Shown: positions 40,501-50,900 of the stretch, one piece after another | Position numbering within the stretch: the stretch's first letter is position 1 | Layout of the letters: every line of letters starts with the position of its first letter | Assembly (NCBI GenBank): GCA_043228905.1 | Contig: JBHGNT010000010.1 | Span: 62,001-126,000 of the forward strand | Length of the DNA stretch: 64,000 nt | Source of the DNA: Azolla caroliniana | Lineage: Eukaryota; Plantae; Polypodiophyta | Direction: 5' to 3' | Made by a program: the position numbers and the translations under genes | Notes under the pieces: generated by a model | Seen by the model: the letters and a program-made list of their open reading frames with translations, nothing else | The model's database searches: none | What the model was told of the DNA's origin: nothing

Positions 40501-43500
40501 GTATGAACATTTTAATTTACTCACGCGCTCTTCTCAACTCCCTCTTCAAATTTGGTAATTTCTTCATGTCTCTCCACCTGAGTTTCAAAATCTCGGTTTT
40601 TTAAATTCCATATCATAGGTAGCGTTGTTATCTTCGAATCGCATGTTTGAACACAAAAATCCAATATCACATGGGCCAGGTATGAACATTTTAATTTACT
40701 CTCGGGCTCTTCTCAACTCCCTCCTCAAATTTGGTAATTTCTTCATGTTTCTCGACATGAGTTTCAAACGCTGGATTTTTTGATTCTATATCATAGCTAG
40801 TGTTGTTAGCTTCGATTTGAATGTTTTAACACAGAAATCCGGGATCACACGAGGCAGATATGAACATTTTAATTTACTCATGTGCTCTTCTCAACTCCCT
40901 CTTCAAATTTGGTAATTTCTTCATGTCTCTCGACCTGAGTTTCAAAATCTTGATTTTTTACTTCCCTATCATAGCTAGTGTTGTTAGCTTCGATTCCCAT
41001 GTTTAAACACTAAAATCTGGGATCACACGAGCCAGGTATGGACATTTTAATTTACTCACGCGCTCTTCTCAACGCCCTCGTCAAATTTGGTAATTTCTTC
41101 ATGTTTCTCGACCTGAGTTTCAAAATCTTGATTTTTTAATTCTATATCATAGCTAGTGTTGTTAGCTTCGATTCGCATCTTTGAACACAAAAATCTGGTA
41201 TCACACGAGCCAGGTATGAAAATTATAAATTAGTCACGGGCTCTTCTCAACTCCCTCCTCAAATTTGGTAATTTCTTCATGTCTCTCGCCCTAAGTTTCA
41301 AAATCTTGATTTTTTAATTCCATATCTGAGGTAGCGTTGTTAGCTTCGAATCGCAAGTTTGAACACAAAAATCCGAGATCACACGAGCCAGGTATGAACA
41401 TTTTAATTTAATCAGGCGCTCTTCTCAACTCCCTCCTAAAATTTGGTAATTTCTCCATGTCTCTCGACCTGGGTTTCAAAATCTTGATTTCTTAATTCCA
41501 TATCATAGGTAACGTTTTTAGCTTCGTATCACATGTTTGAACACAAAAATCCGATATCACATGGGCCAGCTATGAACATTTTAATTTACTCTCCGGCTCT
41601 TCTGAACTCCGTCTTCTAACTTGCCAATTTCTTCATGTCTCTCGACCTGAGTTTCAAAATCTTGATTTTTTAATTCCATATCATAGGTAGCGTTGTTAGC
41701 TTCGATTCGCATGTTTGAACACAGAAATCCGATATCACACGAGCCAGGTATGAACATTTTAATTTACTCATGCGCTCTTCTCAACTCCCTGCTCAAATTT
41801 GGTAATTTCTTCATGTCTCTTGACCTGAGTTTCAAAATCTCGAAAATCCGGGATCACACGAGCCAGGTATGAACATTTTAGTTTACTCACGGGCTCCTCT
41901 CAACTCCTTCTTCTAACTTGCCAATTTCTTCCTGTCTCTCGACCTGAGTTTCAAAATCTCGATTTCTTAATTCGATATTATAGGTAGCGTTGTTAGCTTC
42001 AATTCGCATCTTTGAACACTAAAATCCGATATCACACGAGCCAGGTATGAACATTGTAATTTAGTCACGCGCTCTTCTCAACTCCCTCCTCATATTTGGT
42101 AATTTCTGCATGTTTGTCGACCTGAGTTTCAAAATCTCAAATTTTTAAGTCCATATTATAGGTAGCTTTGTTACCTTCGATTCGCATCTTTGAACACTAA
42201 AATCCGATATCACACGGGCCAGGTATGAACATTTTAATTTACTCACGGGCTCTTCTCAACTCCCTCTTCTAACTTGCCAATTTCTTCATGTCTCTGGACC
42301 TGAGTTTCAAAATCTTGATTTTTTTATTCTATATCATAGCTAGTGTTGTTAGCTTCGATTCGCATCTTTGAACACTAAAATCCGGGATCACACGAACCAG
42401 GCATGAACATTTTAATTTACTCACGGGCTCTTCTCAACTCCCTCTTCTAACTTACCAATTTCTTCATGTCTCTCGATCTGAGTTTCAAAATCTCGATTTT
42501 TTAAATCTATATTATAGGTAATGTTGTTAACATCGATTCACATGTTTGAACACTAAAATCCGATATCACATGGGCCAGGTATGAAAAGTTTAATTTACTC
42601 ACCGGCTCTTCTCAACTCCCTCCTCAAATTTGGTAATTTCATGTCTCTAGACATGAGTTGCAAAATCTGGATTTTTTGATTCTATATCATAGCTAGTATT
42701 GTTAGCTTCGATTTGCATGTTTTAACACAAAATCCGGGATCACACGAGCCAGGTATGAACATTTTAATTTACTCACGTGCTCTTCTCAACTCCCTCTTCA
42801 AATTTCGTAATTTCTTAATGTCTCTCGACCTGAGTTTCAAAATCTCGGTTTTTTAATTCCATATCATAGGTAGCATTGTGAGCTTCGAATCGCATCTTTG
42901 AACACGAAAATCCGATATCACACGAGCCAGGTATGAACATTTTAATTTACTCACGGGCTCTTCTCAACTCCCTCTTCTAACTTACCAATTTCTTCATGTG
43001 TCTCGACCTGAGTTTCAAAATATTGAATTTTAAATTCTATATCATAGCTACTGTTTTTAGCTTCGATTCGCATCTTTGAACACAAAAATCCGGGATCACA
43101 CGAGCCAGGTACGAACATTTTAATTTACTCACGCGCTCTTCTCAACTCCCTCCTCAAATTTGGTAATTTCTTCATGTCTCTTGACCTGAGTTTTAAAATC
43201 TTGAATTTTTAATTCGATATCACAGGCAGTGTTGTTAGCTTCGAATCCCATGTTTGAACACAAAAATCCGATATCACACGAGCCAGGTATGAACATTTTA
43301 ATTTACTCACACGCTCTTCTCAACTCCCTCTTCTAACTTGCCAATTTCTTCATGTCTCTCGAACTGAGTTTCAAAATCTTGATTTTTTTATTCTATAGCA
43401 TAGCTAATGTTGTTAGCTTCGATTTGGAATCTTTGAACACAAAAATCCGGGATCACACGAGCCAGGTATGAACATTTTAATTTACTCACGGGCTCTTCTC

Positions 43501-44364
43501 AACTCCCTCTTCTAACTTGCCAATTTCTTCATGTCTCTCGACCTGAGTTTCAAAATCTTGATTTTTTAATTCCATATTATATGTAGCGTTGTTAGCTTCG
43601 AATCGCATCTTTTAACACAAAAATCCAATATCACACGGGCCAGGTCTGAAAATTTTAATTTACTCACGCGCTCTTCTCAACTCCCTCTTCAAATTTGGTA
43701 ATTTCTTCATGTCTCTCGACCTGAGTTTCAAAATCTCGATTTCTTAATTCCATATTATAGGTAGCGTTGTTAGCTTCGATTCGCATCTTTGAACACGAAA
43801 ATCCGATATCACACGAGCCAGGTATGAACATTTTAATTTACTCACGGGCTCTTCTCAACTCCCTCTTCAAATTTGGTAATTTCTTCCTGTCTCTCGACCT
43901 GAGTTTCAAAATCTCGATTTATTAATTCCATATTATAGGTAGCGTTGTTAACTTCGATTCGCATCTTTGAACACTAAAATCCGATATCACACGAGCCAGG
44001 TATGAACATTTTAATTTAGTCACGCGCTCTTCTCAACTCCCTCCTCAAATTTGGTAATTTCTTCATGTCTCTCGACCTGAGTTTCAAAATCTTGATTTTT
44101 TAATTCGATATTATAGCTAGTGTTGTTAGCTTCGAATGGCATGTTTGAACACAAAAAACCAATATCACATGGGCCAGGTACGAACATTTTAATTTACTCA
44201 CGCGCTCTTCTCAACTCCCTCTTCTAACTTACCAATTTCTTCATGTCTCTCGACCTGAGTTTCAAAATCTTGATTGTTTAATTCCATATCATAGGTAGCA
44301 TTGTTAGCTTCGATTGACATGTTTGAACACAGAAATCCGGGATCACACGAGCCAGGTATGAACA
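10537..44364 (+). repeat. 178-bp satellite array, segment 2 (HOR-rich to ~28 kb, more diverged from ~29 to 44 kb)
   Basis: Continuous 178-bp period with occasional deletion and insertion monomers. Block duplications at offsets 7018, 6054, 4260, 3027 and 1905. Confidence 0.97.
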
Positions 44365-44488
44365 ATCTTTAGTACTAGTGGGCCGTATGGCCTAAGCGAG
44401 GAGTGCGAGCGTATAACCTTCGGCGGTTGGATAGTTAGGGTAAATAGTATGGTAACTAAACAATAGTATAAAAGAGAGTAGTAGGGGA

Positions 44489-44493
<5 letters not shown>

Positions 44494-44547
<54 letters not shown>
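44494..44547 (+). repeat. (AG)27 microsatellite in the left arm
   Basis: Direct reading. Confidence 0.95.
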
Positions 44548-44553
<6 letters not shown>

Positions 44554-44575
44554 AATTTCAATTTATGTAAGAAAA

Positions 44576-44628
44576 GGTCTTTTGGCAAACATGTTTCGCT
44601 CTATATGAGCTCATCAGTGCTAAAGACC
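44576..44628 (-). ncRNA. Minimal type I hammerhead ribozyme (complete copy)
   Basis: Minus strand reads GGUCUUUAGCA-CUGAUGA-GCUC-AUAUA-GAGC-GAAA-C-AU-G-UU^UGCCAAAAGACC. The conserved core is intact, stem II is 4 bp, stem I is 3+7 bp with a 1x2 internal loop, and stem III is palindromic (AAACAUGUUU). Predicted cleavage after GUU, between 44588 and 44587. Confidence 0.85.
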
Positions 44629-44648
44629 ATATACAAAAATGTGAGAGG

Positions 44649-44656
44649 CTTATATA
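44649..44656 (-). promoter_or_regulatory. TATA-like box (TATATAAG) upstream of the minus-strand hammerhead
   Basis: Plus strand CTTATATA, i.e. minus strand CCCC-TATATAAG-CC, about 20 nt 5' of ribozyme stem I. Confidence 0.5.
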
Positions 44657-44721
44657 GGGGAAGATGCAAGAAGAGTGAAGGGGAGTGGTGGGGATGGATG
44701 ACAGGGGATTTGAATGTGTAT

Positions 44722-44783
44722 AAAGGAGGATGTTTGCACTGATGAGCTCATATAGAGCGAAACATGTTTGCCAAAAGACCTTT
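44722..44783 (+). ncRNA. Second hammerhead core in the inverted arm, with the 5' strand of stem I largely replaced
   Basis: CTGATGA 44739-44745, stem II 44746-44758, then GAAACATGTT^TGCC (cleavage 44768/44769). Only GCA/TGC of stem I is retained, extended imperfectly by TTT/AAA and AAAGG/CCTTT. Confidence 0.65.
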
Positions 44784-44802
44784 TCTTACATAAATTGAAA
44801 TT

Positions 44803-44808
<6 letters not shown>

Positions 44809-44852
<44 letters not shown>
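44809..44852 (+). repeat. (CT)22 microsatellite in the right arm
   Basis: Direct reading. Five units shorter than its partner, which accounts for the 10-bp arm difference. Confidence 0.95.
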
Positions 44853-44857
<5 letters not shown>

Positions 44858-44976
44858 TCCCCTACTACTCTCTTTTATACTATTGTTTAGTTACCATACT
44901 ATTTACCCTAACTATCCAACCGCCGAAGGTTATACGCTCGCACTCCTCGCTTAGGCCATACGGCCCACTAGTACTA

Positions 44977-47900
44977 CAGAAATCCGGGATCACACGAGCT
45001 TCTCAACTCCCTCCTCAAATTTGGTAATTTCTTCATGTCTCTCGACCTGAGTTTCAAAATCTTCATTTCCTAATTCTATATCATAGCTAGCATTGTTAGC
45101 TTTGATTCGCATCTTTGAACACAAAAATCCGGGATCACACGAGCCTGGTATGAACATTTTAATTTACTCACGCGCTCTTCTCAACTCCCTCCTCAAATTT
45201 GGTAATTTCTTCATGTCTCTCGACCTTAGTTTCAAAATCTTGATTTTTTACTTCCCTATCATAGCTAGTGTTGTTAGCTTCGATTCCCATGTTTAAACAC
45301 TAAAATCTGGGATCACACGAGCCAGGTATGGACATTTTAATTTACTCACGCGCTCTTCTCAACGCCCTTGTCAAATTTGGTAATTTCTTCATGTTTCTCG
45401 ACCTGAGTTTCAAAATCTTGATTTTTTAATTCTATATCATAGCTAGTGTTGTTAGCTTCGAATCGCATCTTTGAACACAGAAATCTGGTATCACACGAAC
45501 CAGGTATGAACATTTTAATTTAGTCACGCGCTCTTCTCAACTCCCTCCTCAAATTTGGTAATTTCTTCATGTCTCTCGACCTGAGTTTCAAAATCTTGAT
45601 TTTTTAATTCGATATTATAGCTAGTGTTGTTAGCTTTGATTCGCATGTTTTAACACAAAAATCAGGGATCACACGAGCCAGGTATGAACATTTTAATTTA
45701 CTCACACGCTCTTCTCAACTCCCTCTTCAAATTTGGTAATTTCTTCATGTCTCTCGACCTGAGTTTCAAAATCTTGGTTTCTTAATTCCATATCATAGGT
45801 AGCGTTGTTATCTTCGAATGGCATGTTTGAACACAAAAAACCAATATCACATGGGCCAGGTATGAACATTTTAATTTACTCACGCGCTCTTCTCAACTCC
45901 CTCTTCTAACTTACCAATTTCTTCATGTCTCTCGACGTGAGTTTCAAAATCTCGATTTTTTAATTCTATATTATAGGTAACGTTGTTAACTTCGTATCAC
46001 ATGTTTGAACACAAAAATCCGATATCACATGGGCCAGGTATGAACATTTTAATTTACTCACGGGCTCTTCTCAACTCCCTCTTCTAACTTGCCAATTTCT
46101 TCATATCTCTCGACCTGAGTTTCAAAATCTTGATTGTTTAATTCCATATCATAGGTAGCGTTGTTAGCTTCGATTCGCATGTTTGAACACAGAAATCCGG
46201 GATCACCTGAGCCAGGTATGAACATTTTAATTTACTCACGGGCTCCTCTCAACTCCCTCCTCAAATTTGGTAATTTCTTCATGTCTCTCGACCTGAGTTT
46301 CAAAATCTTGAATTTTTAATTCCATATCATAGGTAGCGTTGTTAGCTTCGAATCGCAAGTTTGAACACAGAATTTCGGGATCACACGAGCCAGGTATGAA
46401 CATTTTAATTTACTCACGGGCTCCTCTCAACTCCCTCCTCAAATTTGGTAATTTCTTCATGTCTCTCGACCTGAGTTTCAAAATCTTGATTTTTTAATTC
46501 TATATCATAGGTAGCGTTGTTAGCTTCGAATCGCATGTTTGAACACAAAAATCCGGGATCACACGAGCCAGGTATGAACATTTTAATTTACTCACGGGCT
46601 CCTCTCAACTCCCTCCTCAAATTTGGTAATTTCTTCATGTCTCTCGACCTGAGTTTCAAAATCTTGATTTTTTAATTCCATATCTTAGGTAGCGTTGTTA
46701 GCTTCGATTCGCATGTTTGAACACAAAAATCCGGGATCACACGAGCCAGGTATGAACATTTTAATTTACTCACGGGCTCCTCTCAACTCCCACCTCAAAT
46801 TTGGTAATTTCTTCATGTCTCTGGACCTGAGTTTCAAAATCTTGAATTTTTAATTCCATATCATAGGTAGCGTTGTTAGCTTCGAATCACATGTTTGAAC
46901 ACAAAAATCCGATATCACATGGGCCAGGTATGAACATTTTAATTTACTCACGGGCTCTTCTCGACTCCCTCTTCTAACTTGCCAATTTCTTCATGTCTCT
47001 CGTCCTGAGTTTCAAAATCTTGATTTTTTAATTCCATATCATAGGTAGTGTTGTTAGCTTCGATTCGCATCTTTGAACACAAAAATCTGGTATCACACGA
47101 GCCAGGTATGAAAATTTTAAATTAGTCACGGGCTCTTCTCAACTCCCTCCTCAAATTTGGTAATTTGTTCATGTCTCTCGCCCTGAGTTTCAAAATCTTG
47201 ATTTTTTAATTCCATATCTTAGGTAGCGTTGTTAGCTTCGAATCGCAAGTTTGAACACAAAAATCCGAGATCACACGAGTCAGGTAGGAACATTTTAATT
47301 TACTCTCCGGCTCTTCTCAACTCCCTCTTCTAACTTGCCAATTTCATCATGTCTCTCGACCTGAGTTTCAAAATCTTGATTTTTTAATTCCATATCATAG
47401 GTAGCGTTGTTAGCTTCGATTCGCATGTTTGAACACAGAAATCCGGGATCACACGAGCCAGGTATGAACATTTTAATTTACTCACGGGCTCCTCTCAACT
47501 CCCTCCTCAAATTTGGTAATTTCTTCATGTCTCTCGACCTGAGTTTCAAAATCTTCATTTTTTAATTCCATATCATAGGTAGCGTTGTTAGCTTCGAATC
47601 GCATGTTTGAACATAAAAATCCGGGATCACACGAGCCAGGTATGAACATTTTAATTTACTCACGGGCTCCTCTCAACTCCCTCCTCAAATTTGGTAATTT
47701 CTTCATGTCTCTCGACCTGAGTTTCAATATCCTGATTTTTTAATTCCATATACTAGGTAGCTTTGTTAGCTTCGTATCGCAAGTTTGAACACAAAAATCC
47801 AAGATCACACGAGCCAGGTATGAACATTTTAATTTACTCATGCGCACTTCTCAACTCCCTCCTAAAATGTGGTAATTTCTTCATGTCTCTCGACCTGAGT

Positions 47901-50900
47901 TTCAAAATCTTGATTTTTTAATTCCATATCATAGGTAGCGTTGTTAGCTTCGATTCGCAAGTTTGAACACAAAAATCCGAGATCACACGAGCCAGGTATG
48001 AACATTTTAATTTACTCCGGCGCTCTTCTCAACTCCCTCCTAAAATTTGGTAATTTCTCGATGTCTCTCGACCTGAGTTTCAAAATCTTGATTTCTTAAT
48101 TCCATATCATAGGTAACGTTGTTAGCTTCGTATCACATGTTTGAACACAAAAATCCGATATCACATGGGCCAGCTATGAACATTTTAATTTACTCTCCGG
48201 CTCTTCTCAACTCCCTCTTCTAACTTGCCAATTTCTTCATGTCTCTCGACCTGAGTTTCAAAATCTTGATTTTTTAATTCCATATCATAGGTAGCGTTGT
48301 TAGCTTTGATTCGCATCTTTCAACACAAAAATCCGGGATCACACGAGCCAGGTATGAACATTTTAATTTACTCACGCGCTCTTCTCAACTCCCTCCTCAA
48401 ATTTGGTAATTTCTTCATGTCTCTCGACCTTAGTTTCAAAATCTTGATTTTTTACTTCCCTATCATAGCTAGTGTTGTTAGCTTCGATTCCCATGTTTAA
48501 ACACTAAAATCTGGGATCACACGAGCCAGGTATGGACATTTTAATTTACTCACGCGCTCTTCTCAACGCCCTCGTCAAATTTGGTAATTTCTTCATGTTT
48601 CTCGACCTGAGTTTCAAAATCTTGATTTTTTAATTCTATATCATAGCTAGTGTTGTTAGCTTCGATTCGCATCTTTGAACACAAAAATCTGGTATCACAC
48701 GAGCCAGATATAAAAATTTTAAATTAGTCACGGGCTCTTCTCAACTCCCTCCTCAAATTTGGTAATTTCTTCATGTCTCTCGCCCTGAGTTTCAAAATCT
48801 TGATTTTTTAATTCCATATCTGAGGTAGCGTTGTTAGCTTCGAATCGCAAGTTTGAACACAAAAATCCGAGATCACACGAGCTATGTTTTTAATTCCATA
48901 TCTGAGGTAGCGTTGTTAGCTTCGTATCACATGTTTGAACACAAAAATCCGATATCACATGGGCCAGCTATGAACATTTTAATTTACTCTCCGGCTCTTC
49001 TGAACTCCCTCTTCTAACTTGCCAATTTCTTCATGTCTCTCGACCTGAGTTTCAAAATCTTTATTTTTTAATTCCATATCATAGGTAGCGTTGTTAGCTT
49101 CGATTCGTATGTTTGAACACAGAAATCCGATATCACACGAGCCAGGTATGAACATTTTAATTTACTCATGCGCTCTTCTCAACTCCCTCCTCAAATTTGG
49201 TAATTTCTTCATGTCTCTTGACTTGAGTTTCAAAATCTCGAAAATCCGGGATCACACGAGCCAGGTATGAACATTTTAGTTTACTCACGGGCTCCTCTCA
49301 ACTCCTTCTTCTAACTTGCCAATTTCTTCCTGTCTCTCGACCTGAGTTTCAAAATCTCGATTTCTTAATTCGATATTATAGGTAGCGTTGTTAGCTTCGA
49401 TTCGCATCTTTGAACACTAAAATCCGATATCACACGAGCCAGGTATGAACATTGTAATTTAGTCACGCGCTCTTCTCAACTCCCTCCTCATATTTGGTAA
49501 TTTCTGCATGTTTGTCGACCTGAGTTTCAAAATCTCAAATTTTTAAGTCCATATTATAGGTAGCTTTGTTACCTTCGATTCGCATCTTTGACCACTAAAA
49601 TCCGATATCACACGGGCCAGGTATGAACATTTTAATTTACTCACGGGCTCTTCTCAACTCCCTCTTCTAACTTGCCAATTTCTTCATGTCTCTCGACCTG
49701 AGTTTCAAAATCTTGATTTTTTTATTCTATATCATAGCTAGTGTTGTTAGCTTCGATTCGCATCTTTGAACACAAAAATCCGGGATCACACGAGCCAGGC
49801 ATGAACATTTTAATTTACTCACGTGCTCTTCTCAACTCCCTCTTCAAATTTGGTAATTTCTTCATGTTTCTCGACCTGAGTTTCAAAATCTTGGTTTTTT
49901 AATTCCATATCATAGGTAGCGTTGTTATCTTCGAATGGCATGTTTGAACACAAAAATCCAATATCACATGGGCCAGGTATGAACATTTTAATTTACTCTC
50001 GGGCTCTTCTCAACTCCCTCCTCAAATTTGGTAATTTCTTCATGTTTCTCGACATGAGTTTCAAACGCTGGATTTTTTGATTCTATATCATAGCTCGTGT
50101 TGTGAGCTTCGATTTGCATGTTTTAACACAAAAATCCGGGATCACACGAGGCAGATATGAACATTTTAATTTACTCATGTGCTCTTCTCAACTCCCTCTT
50201 CAAATTTGGTAATTTCTTCATGTCTCTCGACCTGAGTTTCAAAATCTTGATTTATTACTTCCCTATCATAGCTAGTGTTGTTAGCTTCGATTCACATGTT
50301 TAAACACTAAAATCTGGGATCACACGAGCCAGGTATGAACATTTTAATTTACTCACGCGCTCTTCTCAACGCCCTGGTCAAATTTGGTAATTTCTTCATG
50401 TTTCTCGACCTGAGTTTCAAAATGTTGATTTTTTAATTCTATATCATAGCTAGTGTTGTTAGGTTCGATTCGCATGTTTGAAAACAAAAATCTGGTATCA
50501 CACGAGCCAGGTATGAAAATTTTAAATTAGTCACGGGCTCTTCTCAACTCCCTACTCAAATTTGGTAATTTGTTCATGTCTCTCGCCCTGAGTTTCAAAA
50601 TCTTGATTTTTTAATTCCATATCTGAGGTAGCGTTGTTAGCTTCGAATCGCAAGTTTGAACACAAAAATCCGAGATCACACGAGCCAGGTATGAACATTT
50701 TAATTTACTCAAGCGCTCTTCTCAACTCCCTCCTAAAATTTGGTAATTTCTCCATGTCTCTCGACCTGGGTTTCAAAATCTTGATTTTTTAATTCCATAT
50801 CATAGGTAACGTTGTTAGCTTCGTATCACATGTTTGAACACAAAAATCCGGGATCACACGAGGCAGGTATGAACATTTTAATTTACTCACGGGCTCCTCT

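Larger units (their letters stand above)
44370..44976 (-). mobile_element. Non-autonomous fold-back insertion carrying hammerhead ribozymes; resembles a Penelope-like pseudo-LTR with an inverted 5' duplication
   Basis: Non-satellite 607 bp: left arm 44370-44620, spacer 44621-44735, right arm 44736-44976 (reverse complement of the left arm, differing only in microsatellite length). Minus-strand order is TATATAAG, hammerhead, (CT)n, GC-rich terminus. The insertion itself is clear, but the family assignment is inferred. Confidence 0.7.
44370..44976. repeat. Long inverted repeat (251-bp and 241-bp arms, 115-bp spacer)
   Basis: TAGTACTAGTGGGCCGTATGGCCTAAGCG...GCTCATCAGTGC pairs with GCACTGATGAGC...CGCTTAGGCCATACGGCCCACTAGTACTA. 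Confidence 0.97.

Noticed and set aside
44432-44445. TTAGGG telomere-like motif in the arm
   Set aside because: A single hexamer, not an array.
44343-44588. 81-aa ORF with a poly(SL) tract
   Set aside because: Translation of the (CT)n microsatellite running into satellite sequence.
44370-44976. Ordinary MITE (MULE, hAT or CACTA) with TAGTACTA as an 8-bp TSD
   Set aside because: TAGTACTA is a palindrome belonging to the arms and is absent from the satellite target. CACTA faces the wrong way for a CACTA TIR, no short TSD exists, and hammerhead stem I extends into the spacer on one side only. Considered unlikely but not fully excluded.
44370-44976. miRNA precursor or canonical plant retrozyme
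   Set aside because: The arms are perfect and contain a microsatellite, which points to a recent inverted duplication. Retrozymes have direct LTRs, PBS/PPT and type III hammerheads, none of which is seen.
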